NCBI GenBank assembly: GCA_034667685.1
Contig: JAXDQU010000105.1
Span: 1-45,576 of the forward strand
Reading direction: 5' to 3'
Length of the DNA stretch: 45,576 nt
DNA from: Thermoplasmata archaeon
GTDB lineage: Archaea > Thermoplasmatota > SW-10-69-26 > JACQPN01 > JAJPHT01
The translations under genes and the position numbers were made by a program. The notes below the pieces were generated by a model that did no database searches, had not been told where the DNA came from, and saw only the letters and a list, made by a program, of their open reading frames with translations. Shown piece after piece: positions 28,801 to 36,345 of this stretch. Each line of letters starts with the position of its first letter. The first letter of the stretch is position 1.

Positions 28801-30315
28801 ATGCGTCGCGTCCTGATGGGCATCCTGCTGCTGGCGCTCCTCGCGCCCGTGGCGGGGGCCCAGGCGACCGGCACCCTCACGCTCAGCGTGAGCCCGGACC
28901 AGGCCTCGGTGCGGGCGGGCCAGAGCGCCGCCGTGAACCTCAGCGTGACCACCAGCGGCCTCGTCCCCGAGCAGGTCCAGGTCCAATGGACGACGACCGA
29001 CGCGCGGGTCCAGGGGACCACGGCCTTCACGGTCCTGCCCACCGCGGGCGGCAGCACGGTGCTGTCGATCGGCGCCTGGGCCAACGCCTCGGCGGGCGAC
29101 CGCGTCCTCTCGATCTGGGTCCAGGACACGACCACGGGCGCCGTCTCCAACACGGCGCGCTTCGTGCTCCACGTGGCGACCAACGCCACCGGGAATGCGA
29201 CGAACAACGCCACGACCAACGCCACGCAGAACGCGACCGGGTCGTCCTCCGGCTCCGGCTTGAACTCGACCCCGAAGACCACCCCCAGCCCCGGCCCGAC
29301 GAACGCCACCTCATCATCCGGCGGCGACGCCAGCGGGCCCGGGCCGGTGCCGGCCTCCGACCAGGCGCCTCCCACGCCCGGGTCCTCCTCGGACGCGCCG
29401 GCGACACGCGAGGCGGAGACCGGCCCGGCGCCGGCCCGGGACCCGCCCCCGGGACCGCTCCCGCCACGGACGCCCCGCGCGCTGGCCGTGGACCCGACCC
29501 TCCTGATCGTGCCGCCCCAAGGCTGGGCCGAGCTGCGCGTTGTGGAGACCGACCTGGCGCCCGTGTCGCTGCATCTGCCGCCCGACTTCGAGGCGACGCT
29601 CGTCTCCGAGGAGGGCGCGGTCTGGACGTTCCACGTCTCGGCGCGGCCCGGCGCTCCCCAGTACCTGCTCTTCGCGGCCACGGCGCAGGCCGGACAGACC
29701 GCGGCGCCCTTCGGGCTGCGCGTCGAGAACGGCACCCGCCTCGACGCCGCGGCCGTGACGCTCCAGCGCCCGCCCGACGCGCCCTCACCGTGGCCCTACG
29801 CGCTCCTCGCGGCGGCCGCGGGCGCGGCGGCGTTCGGCCTGGCCCGCGCGCACCGGCGCTGGCCCTACGGCCTGGCGATCCTCTACAGCCGCATCTCCCC
29901 CTCGCGCCTCCTCGCGCACCCGCAGCGCCGCCGCATGCGCGACGCCGTGGCCGCGAGCCCCGGCCTGGGCGTCAACGAGCTGCAGCGCGCGATGGGCTTG
30001 GCGAAGGGCGTCTTCGACCACCACCTGCACCGGCTCCTGACGGCGGGCCACCTGCGCGCCGTGGAGGACGGGCAGCGCCGCCGGCTCTACGTCCCGGGCG
30101 CCGTGCCGGAGGGCGGCCAGCTCCCCTTGGGCGAGCGCGTGATCCGCTTCCTGGCGGAGCGCGGCGAGACGCCGACGACGCGCCTCGCGGCGGAGCTTGG
30201 CGTGTCGCGGCAGGCGCTCCACTACCACGTGAAGCGTCTCGCGCGCGAAGGGCTCGTGACCGCGCGGCGCGACGGCAACGAGGTCCTCCTTGCGCCCAAG
30301 GGCTTCGCGCCCTGA
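28801..30315 (+). CDS. Membrane-anchored regulator: extracellular Ig-like domains, TM, cytoplasmic tandem wHTH
   Basis: Signal MRRVLMGILLLALLAPVAGA; TM WPYALLAAAAGAAAFGLA; YSRI...HPQR...PG....L...GVFDHHL..L and second HTH LAAELGVSRQALHYHV..L...GLV. Confidence 0.8.
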   Translation: MRRVLMGILLLALLAPVAGAQATGTLTLSVSPDQASVRAGQSAAVNLSVTTSGLVPEQVQVQWTTTDARVQGTTAFTVLPTAGGSTVLSIGAWANASAGDRVLSIWVQDTTTGAVSNTARFVLHVATNATGNATNNATTNATQNATGSSSGSGLNSTPKTTPSPGPTNATSSSGGDASGPGPVPASDQAPPTPGSSSDAPATREAETGPAPARDPPPGPLPPRTPRALAVDPTLLIVPPQGWAELRVVETDLAPVSLHLPPDFEATLVSEEGAVWTFHVSARPGAPQYLLFAATAQAGQTAAPFGLRVENGTRLDAAAVTLQRPPDAPSPWPYALLAAAAGAAAFGLARAHRRWPYGLAILYSRISPSRLLAHPQRRRMRDAVAASPGLGVNELQRAMGLAKGVFDHHLHRLLTAGHLRAVEDGQRRRLYVPGAVPEGGQLPLGERVIRFLAERGETPTTRLAAELGVSRQALHYHVKRLAREGLVTARRDGNEVLLAPKGFAP

Positions 30316-30322
30316 ATCGGCG

Positions 30323-30586
30323 TCACGGGTCCAGATGGACGAGGCGCGGGACGTGCGGGTGGGCCGCGTCGTTGAGGTCGTCCTCGGCCTCCTTCGCAAC
30401 GGCGTTGAGCGCCGCGACGAAGGCAGCCGCGTCCTCGGCCTCCTGTGACCGTAACGCGAATACGCGGAGGGCGAGCGCCTTCGCTTGTGCCACCGTGATT
30501 GTCGCGTCCACGGGTCGCCCGCAATGAGGGCAGCCGATCCAGCCTTCCTTCGCTCGGTATTCTTCAAGGCCCTCCGTTACGTCCAA
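30323..30586 (-). CDS. Small protein with a CPxCG motif (87 aa)
   Basis: TTG 30586; ...WIGCPHCGRPV... followed by an Ala-rich helix; lower GC than neighbours; start uncertain. Confidence 0.5.
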   Translation of the reverse strand: MDVTEGLEEYRAKEGWIGCPHCGRPVDATITVAQAKALALRVFALRSQEAEDAAAFVAALNAVAKEAEDDLNDAAHPHVPRLVHLDP

Positions 30587-30593
30587 CCCCTCA

Positions 30594-30667
30594 TGCCTTC
30601 TCTTAGCGACTTGGAGAAGGCAATGCCAACCACCCCACTTAAGCCCTATTGCCGTCTTGAAGCGACT
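30594..30667. promoter_or_regulatory. Bidirectional promoter with repeated operator-like sites
   Basis: Palindromic CTTAAG at 30638-30643; IR TGCCTTCTC/GAGAAGGCA (30594-30602/30614-30622); direct repeat TGCC-N7-AGCGACT at 30594 and 30650. Confidence 0.55.
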
Positions 30668-30862
30668 ATGGCACGAGCGGTCATCGCTCCGGGGCACGGC
30701 AAGAAGCGGAAGATCACGATCACGCCCGACCCCGACATCTTTGCGTGGGTCCTGGAGCAGGTCGGCCCCGGCAAGCGCTGGGCCAGCGTCACGCACGCCG
30801 CGGAGTTCGCCTGGGCCAGGCTGCGCGAGGACGAGGCCGACAAGAAGCCCGCGAGGCGGTAG
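30668..30862 (+). CDS. Small ribbon-helix-helix (CopG/Arc-like) protein (64 aa)
   Basis: KITIT strand, PDIFAWVLEQV helix, WASVTHAAEFAW helix; ATG ~25 nt after CTTAAG. Confidence 0.7.
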   Translation: MARAVIAPGHGKKRKITITPDPDIFAWVLEQVGPGKRWASVTHAAEFAWARLREDEADKKPARR

Positions 30863-30866
30863 GTCC

Positions 30867-30933
30867 CCCGCCAACACGCCAACTTCAGGAGCGCATGCCC
30901 CCTCTGAGCGTGGCGTGCTGGCGTGTTGGCGGG
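30867..30933. repeat. Palindromic element with tandem 8-mer arms (same family as 1-50)
   Basis: CCCGCCAACACGCCA (30867-30881) / TGGCGTGTTGGCGGG (30919-30933) perfect 15-bp IR; extra TGGCGTGC unit; followed by GCGCGAAGCGC mini-hairpin. Confidence 0.8.
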
Positions 30934-31020
30934 AGCGCGAAGCGCGCGACCAAGAGGGCCGACTTCGGGCGCAAGGTCGGCGCGAAAACGCTTACAATCG
31001 TGAAGCGCGGTGCGGCCCCC

Positions 31021-31824
31021 ATGCGCCCGAGGGAGCTGGTCGACGCCGGGGGGGTGAGCCCCCCCGGACCCCCCCGGAGCGCCGCCTTCTTCGACTTCGA
31101 CAAGACGCTGCTCCACGGCGACGCGGGCGTCATCTTCGGCTGGGCGCTCCTCGACTGGATGTGGAAGCAGGCCGCCAAGTTCCCGCTGGGCAGCGCGGAG
31201 CGGCGCAAGTACGAGCGCGGCGTGCAGCTCAACGCGGCGCGCATCATCGCCAAGGGCGCCGCGATGCGCACGCTCAACGTCGTGGGCATCCTCAAGCGCA
31301 GCCGCATGGTCGAGCTCTCGTACGAGTTCCTCGAAGGCTTCGCCGCCGACGAGATGAGCCGCGAGATGGCACGCGCCTGGCACGAGCGCATCGAGGCGCG
31401 TCTCTACCCCAAGATGCGCGAGGTGCTCGACGACCACCGCAAGGCGGGCCGGCGCATCGTCATCGTCACGACCGGGCTCCAGGAGCTGATCGAGCACGCG
31501 CGCTCCGTGCTCGGCGAGGACATCGAGGTCATCGGCGCGCGCATGCAGGTCTCGCCCGACGGCCACTACCTGGGCCGCGTGGTCGGGCCCCTCTACGGCG
31601 TGCACAAGGCGCAGGCCGTCCGCGCGTGGGCGCAGGCCAACGGCGTCGACCTCACCGAGAGCTACGCGTACAGCGACCACTTCAGCGACGTCGCGTTCCT
31701 GGAGGCCGTCGGCCACCCCATCGCGGTGAACCCGACGCTGCGGCTCCAGATGCACGCCCGCAAGAAGGGCTGGAACGTGCTCTGGGTCATGCCGCCGAGC
31801 ACGCGCGACTCGCACGTGCCGTAG
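31021..31824 (+). CDS. HAD-IB family hydrolase (SerB-like)
   Basis: AAFFDFDKTL, IVIVTT, G.HKA, SYAYSDHFSD..FLE.VG.P.AVNP. Confidence 0.9.
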   Translation: MRPRELVDAGGVSPPGPPRSAAFFDFDKTLLHGDAGVIFGWALLDWMWKQAAKFPLGSAERRKYERGVQLNAARIIAKGAAMRTLNVVGILKRSRMVELSYEFLEGFAADEMSREMARAWHERIEARLYPKMREVLDDHRKAGRRIVIVTTGLQELIEHARSVLGEDIEVIGARMQVSPDGHYLGRVVGPLYGVHKAQAVRAWAQANGVDLTESYAYSDHFSDVAFLEAVGHPIAVNPTLRLQMHARKKGWNVLWVMPPSTRDSHVP

Positions 31825-31892
31825 GCAGCATGTTGACTGCCCACGCTTATCGTCGCGGCGGATCTTGCCGACGCGCGAGAGGCTGAATCCAC

Positions 31893-32120
31893 ATGAAAGC
31901 AACGCTCTTCGTCACCACCACCTTGCTCTGCGCCGTCGCGTTCGCTTTCGCGATCGCGCCCACCGTTTCCGCGAAGTGCACGGGGATCGACAACATTCCC
32001 TTCAATGGCACTTGCATCGGGGACTATTCGGAGAACCAGTACACCTGCCTGGGCGTGTATCACCCCGTGGCGGCCGTGGACTGCGCGGGCGTGACCAGCA
32101 TCGGCTGCTGCCTGCTCTGA
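31893..32120 (+). CDS. Small secreted cysteine-rich peptide
   Basis: Signal MKATLFVTTTLLCAVAFAFAIAPTVSA followed by a 48-aa mature peptide with 6 Cys; fills an otherwise empty gap between two genes. Confidence 0.7.
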   Translation: MKATLFVTTTLLCAVAFAFAIAPTVSAKCTGIDNIPFNGTCIGDYSENQYTCLGVYHPVAAVDCAGVTSIGCCLL

Positions 32121-32125
32121 GCGCG

Positions 32126-33496
32126 CTACGACGCCCGCAGCGCGGGCCCCTCGGTCTGGATCGCCACGCTCGGGTGCGAGAGCCCGCCGCCGGCCATCGT
32201 GTCCGCGTATGCGACCACGAGATGGCCCTTCAGGTCGATCGTCGCGGTGAAGTAGTCGCCCAGGCGCCGGTCGCCGCGCGCGGTGACGCAGCCGACGCCG
32301 CCCGTGCAGATGTTGCCGTGGTGGCTCGGCTTCTCCGAGACGAGGCCCTGCGCGAACGTGGCGCCGAAGTCGAGGCTCACCGCGTCGTGGACGAACCAGT
32401 CGCCCGTCGCGGCGTCGGGCTTCGTCTTGCCCGCGGTCGAGAGCCACAGCACGGAGACGCGCCCCGCGTCGCCCGCGACGACCCACGGGAAGAGGGCCGT
32501 TTCGTTGGCGCCTGAGACCCACGTGGGCGGCGACCACGTCACGCCGTGGTCCTGCGAGACGGAGAGGCCCACGCGCATGCCCTCCGCGCCTTCGGACCAG
32601 ACGACGTAATAGTTGCCGGCCTTGTCCACGTCGAGCGTGGGGAAGAGGTTCGCGTCGGGGCAGCCGCCCGCGTTCTGGCCCGCGGTCGCGTTGTGCGCGA
32701 AGAGCTTCGTGAACGTCTTGCCCTGGTCGTGCGAGGCCGCGATCAGCACGCCGTCCTTCGTGGCGAGCGGCTCCAGCACGGTGTTGGTCGTCGGGTCGAA
32801 GCGCAGCTTGCCCAGGATGCAATAGTCGATGCCCAGCGCGGTCTGCTGGGGCCACGTCATCCCACCGTCCGTGCTGCGGCCCACGACGACGCCCTTGTCG
32901 CCCTGCCAGGCCAGGTAGACCTCGCCGCTGGCGTTGCCGGCCGCGATCCAGTTCCGGTCCTCCGTGCCCTGGTTGCCGTTGAGCGGGTCGTCCGACGTGG
33001 GCTGGTGCGCGACGACGGGCTGGCCGGGGAGCCACGTCTGGCCATCGTCCGTGCTCATCTGCGCGGAGAGGTCGACGAGCCAGAGGTCGCTGTAGTAGAT
33101 CGTGCCGTCCTTCGCCACCGAGAAGTCCGGGTCGCTGATCGAGGGCACGGCGTTGCGCGGCCCCGCGTTCACCATCGGTAGCCCGACGTAGCTCCACGTC
33201 TTGCCCTGGTCCGTCGAGCGCCACATGTACGTCTGCGCGCTGTTCTCCAGCACGAGGTCCGGGTCGGGGTCCGTGAAGTGCGTGTAGCCCGGGTGCGTGG
33301 CGACGAGGATCGTGCCCTTCGGCGTGACCACGACCGCGGGCTCGCCGCCGGCGCGCACCGTGTCGATGATCTGGGCCTTGCCGAACACGGCGGGGGCGCC
33401 CGCGATGATCCCGGTGACGCTGGCCGGCGAGATCGAAGGCGAGGGCGTGACGCAGCCCGCGAGAAGGACCAGGGCGAGCACGACGAGGGCGCGCAT
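32126..33496 (-). CDS. Lipoprotein with BNR/Asp-box beta-propeller (paralog of 20908-22260)
   Basis: MRALVVLALVLLAGC; STDQGKTW, STDDGQTW, STDGGMTW, SHDQGKTF, SQDHGVTW; shared FPW.VAGDAGR and R.LGD(F/Y)F motifs. Confidence 0.85.
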   Translation of the reverse strand: MRALVVLALVLLAGCVTPSPSISPASVTGIIAGAPAVFGKAQIIDTVRAGGEPAVVVTPKGTILVATHPGYTHFTDPDPDLVLENSAQTYMWRSTDQGKTWSYVGLPMVNAGPRNAVPSISDPDFSVAKDGTIYYSDLWLVDLSAQMSTDDGQTWLPGQPVVAHQPTSDDPLNGNQGTEDRNWIAAGNASGEVYLAWQGDKGVVVGRSTDGGMTWPQQTALGIDYCILGKLRFDPTTNTVLEPLATKDGVLIAASHDQGKTFTKLFAHNATAGQNAGGCPDANLFPTLDVDKAGNYYVVWSEGAEGMRVGLSVSQDHGVTWSPPTWVSGANETALFPWVVAGDAGRVSVLWLSTAGKTKPDAATGDWFVHDAVSLDFGATFAQGLVSEKPSHHGNICTGGVGCVTARGDRRLGDYFTATIDLKGHLVVAYADTMAGGGLSHPSVAIQTEGPALRAS

Positions 33497-33567
33497 GGCG
33501 GCGGGACGCCCCACGCCCGACATGGGCTTTGTGGCTCCGCATCCCATCTTGGCCGGGTAGGCGGCGT

Positions 33568-33636
33568 TCCAGCCACAGAGGACACAGGGGCACAGAGGCT
33601 GCCGTCCTCGCTCCTCTGTGAACCTCTGTGGCTGGA
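33568..33636. repeat. Palindromic element with tandem CACAGAGG-type 8/9-mer arms
   Basis: TCCAGCCACAGAGG / CCTCTGTGGCTGGA perfect 14-bp IR; left CACAGAGGA CACAGGGG CACAGAGG, right CCTCTGTG AA CCTCTGTG. Confidence 0.85.
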
Positions 33637-33683
33637 GAGCGGACTGGCCAAACATTCTTCGCAGCCCCCGGTCTCCCGAGCCC

Positions 33684-34460
33684 ATGGCCTCCCCCGTGCG
33701 CGTCCTGAGGGACCTCGCGCCCGAAGCGGCCATCGAGTTCCTTCGCAACGAGCTGGGCCACCGGATGGTCCAGGTCGCGGCGCGGTGCAGCATCGACTAC
33801 CAGGGGCGCGCCGAGAGCAAGCTGGGCAGCGGCGAGCGCCTGATGATCTTCAAGCCGGACGGCACGCTGCTGGTCCACACGAGCACCAAGCTCAAGCCCG
33901 TCAACTGGCAGCCGCCGGGCTGCGTCTTCAGCGCGGGGCGCGAGGGCGACAAGCTCGTCATCACCGCGGCGCGCGAGAAGCCCAAGGAGACGGTGCGCAT
34001 CGCGCTGGAGGTCGTGCACGTCGTCATGGCGCTCGGGCTCGACGACGTCGAGGAGCTGGACCTCGCGGGCAGCGAGGACGACCTGCAGGCGTTCCTCGCC
34101 ATGCGCCCCACGCTCATCGAGCAGGGCTTCACCTTCTGGCGGCGCGAGCGAGCGTCGGGCCGCGGCCCCATGGACCTCTATGGCGTGGACGCGCAAGGCC
34201 GGCGCGTCGTCGTCGAGGTCAAGCGCCGCGCCGCGGGCGTGAAGGAAGCCGACCAGCTCCGGCGCTACGTCGAGCGCGAGCGCGCGGCCCGGGGCGACAC
34301 GCCCGTGCGCGGCATCCTCGTGGCGCCCAAGATCAGCGACACGGCGCGCAAGTACCTCGCCGACGTGCAGCTCGAATACCGCGAACTGGACTGGGACAAG
34401 CTGCGCCGCTCCGCGTCGGACATCCTGAAGGCCGGGCAGAAGAGCCTCGCCGATTGGTGA
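33684..34460 (+). CDS. nucS: Endonuclease NucS/EndoMS
   Basis: CSIDYQGRA.S.L..GERL...KPDG..LVH......PVNWQPPG, GSEDDL, D.YG.D....VVVEVKR, QL.RYV, RGILVAP. Confidence 0.95.
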   Translation: MASPVRVLRDLAPEAAIEFLRNELGHRMVQVAARCSIDYQGRAESKLGSGERLMIFKPDGTLLVHTSTKLKPVNWQPPGCVFSAGREGDKLVITAAREKPKETVRIALEVVHVVMALGLDDVEELDLAGSEDDLQAFLAMRPTLIEQGFTFWRRERASGRGPMDLYGVDAQGRRVVVEVKRRAAGVKEADQLRRYVERERAARGDTPVRGILVAPKISDTARKYLADVQLEYRELDWDKLRRSASDILKAGQKSLADW

Positions 34461-34534
34461 GGATCTAGCGCCATCACGAAAGCAGGGCATCCAGAAACGG
34501 GATGCCGCGCGCGTCGGCTCGTCGGTCGATTCCC

Positions 34535-35803
34535 ATGCGAGCGATTCTCCTTCTCCTGGCGCTGGCGCTCCTGGCCGCGGCGCCGGTCGCCTCCGCGCAG
34601 AAGAGCGGCGTCATCACCTTCAATGGCCGGTCGCCCCAGGGCGCGCTGCATCCGGGCAGCGCGGTGGACGCCACGTACACGGCGACCCTCGTGGCGGACG
34701 CGACGGCCTACGCCAGCACGCCCGGCGTCCCGGTCCACTACGCCATCGCCAAGGCGCCCGCGTGGGCCACGGTCACGCTCTCGCCCAGCGAGGACATCTT
34801 CCCGACTCCGGTGGGCGTCGGCGCGCTGAGCCCGACCTACACCGCAGTCCGTCCCCTCTCGGTCCACTTCGCGATCGCGGGCGACCTTCCCCAGGAAGGA
34901 CGCATCATGGGCCTGGTGCAGATCGTCGCGGCCACGAGCGGCAGCTCGATGGGCACGCTGACCGGCTCGCTCTCGATCCCGCTCATGGTCGACACGGGCG
35001 CCGCGCCCTGCCCGGCCGGCACGATCGCGACGCAGGACGCGGGCGCCGTCCCCACCGGCCCCGCGATGGGCGCGTACGGGCTCGCGGGCCTCGCGGCGTT
35101 CGGCGTCGGGCTCGCGGTCGCGCTGCGCGCCCGCCGCGCCGGCGTCGCGCTGGCGGTCCTCGCGGTGCTCGTGGTCCCCGTGCTCCCGGTGGCGAGCGCG
35201 CAGAAGACGGGCTCGATCGTCTTCTCGCCGATGGCCTTCACCGACCCCCTGCACCCCGGCTCCGTGCAGACCCGCACCTCCACGATGACCATCGTCGCCG
35301 ACCTCACCTCGTACACGGGGATCATCGGCGTGCCATACTACCTCCACGTCGCCGAAGCTCCCGCCTGGGCGACCGTCGTGGTGAATCCTCCGACCGGCAT
35401 CTTTCCGGTCCAGCCGGGGGCGCAGTCGATCAGCCCGACCTTCACCGCGACCGTGCCCATCTCCGTCACGGTCCTCGTGGGCGACCTGAACTTCACGGAA
35501 GCCCGCGTCGGGCGGATCACCCTCGTCGCGACGACGGCAGGCAACAGCTTCGGCAGCGTCATGGGCGCGATGAGCTTCGCCGTGGGCGTGGTCTCGCCGG
35601 CGCGCTGCGCGGCCGCCCCCGCGCCCTCGACGTCGCTCTCGTCCGCCGCCGCGAAGCCCGACGCGCCCGCCACTGACCCGCTCATCCGCCAGCAGACGTC
35701 CAGCGCGACCGCGATCCCCACGGCCGGCTACGCGGTCGTGGGCGGCTGCGCCATCGCGGGCGCGGGCCTCGGGCTGGCGCTGTCGCGGCGGGGCCGCCGA
35801 TGA
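34535..35803 (+). CDS. Surface protein with two homologous modules, each preceded by a signal peptide and followed by a TM anchor
   Basis: PVASA/QK occurs at 34598 and again at 35201; shared LHPGS, VAD.T.Y, GVP, APAWATV, IFP, SPT(Y/F)TA. Confidence 0.8.
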   Translation: MRAILLLLALALLAAAPVASAQKSGVITFNGRSPQGALHPGSAVDATYTATLVADATAYASTPGVPVHYAIAKAPAWATVTLSPSEDIFPTPVGVGALSPTYTAVRPLSVHFAIAGDLPQEGRIMGLVQIVAATSGSSMGTLTGSLSIPLMVDTGAAPCPAGTIATQDAGAVPTGPAMGAYGLAGLAAFGVGLAVALRARRAGVALAVLAVLVVPVLPVASAQKTGSIVFSPMAFTDPLHPGSVQTRTSTMTIVADLTSYTGIIGVPYYLHVAEAPAWATVVVNPPTGIFPVQPGAQSISPTFTATVPISVTVLVGDLNFTEARVGRITLVATTAGNSFGSVMGAMSFAVGVVSPARCAAAPAPSTSLSSAAAKPDAPATDPLIRQQTSSATAIPTAGYAVVGGCAIAGAGLGLALSRRGRR

Positions 35804-36345
35804 GCCGCCTGGCGCTGCTCGCGCTGCTGGCGCTCCTGCTCGCCCCCTTCGTCGCCGCGCAGGCCCCCGAGCCCACGCGCGTGCACGTGTGGGTGCAGAT
35901 GCCGAGCGGCCCGCTCACGCCGGGCGCCACGACGACGATGCGCGGCAACGTGACGCTGGAGCCCGACGCGCTGGACGCCGCCCGCGACGGCGTGCCGATC
36001 ACGCTGCGCATCGCGCGGGCGCCGCGCTTCTTCGATGCGCGCCTCTCGCCGGAGACCATCACGCTGAGGCCCGGCGCCTACGTGGCGACCTTCGAGCTGA
36101 GCGTGGCGACCGCGCCCGACGCGCCCGAGGGCAACGCGCGCGAGGTGGCGCTCCAGGCCATCGAGGGCGCCCTTCCGACGCGCGACGCGGCGCAGACGGA
36201 GATCCAGATGGGCTTCGTCGTGGCGCGTCCCCCCTCCCCGCCCGCGGTGGAGACGGCGGCCACGCCGCGCGAGACGCCGCTGGGCCCCGCCGTGCTCGTC
36301 GTCGCGGCGCTGGTGGCCGCGCGCCTCAGAAGAGATGGCGCGTGA
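35800..36345 (+). CDS. Single-module surface protein, distant paralog of the upstream modules
   Basis: Signal peptide; PLTPG...GVPI.L....AP.....LSP; C-terminus RETPLGPAVLVVAALVAARLRR; ATGA overlap with the upstream gene. Confidence 0.75.
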   Translation: MSRLALLALLALLLAPFVAAQAPEPTRVHVWVQMPSGPLTPGATTTMRGNVTLEPDALDAARDGVPITLRIARAPRFFDARLSPETITLRPGAYVATFELSVATAPDAPEGNAREVALQAIEGALPTRDAAQTEIQMGFVVARPPSPPAVETAATPRETPLGPAVLVVAALVAARLRRDGA

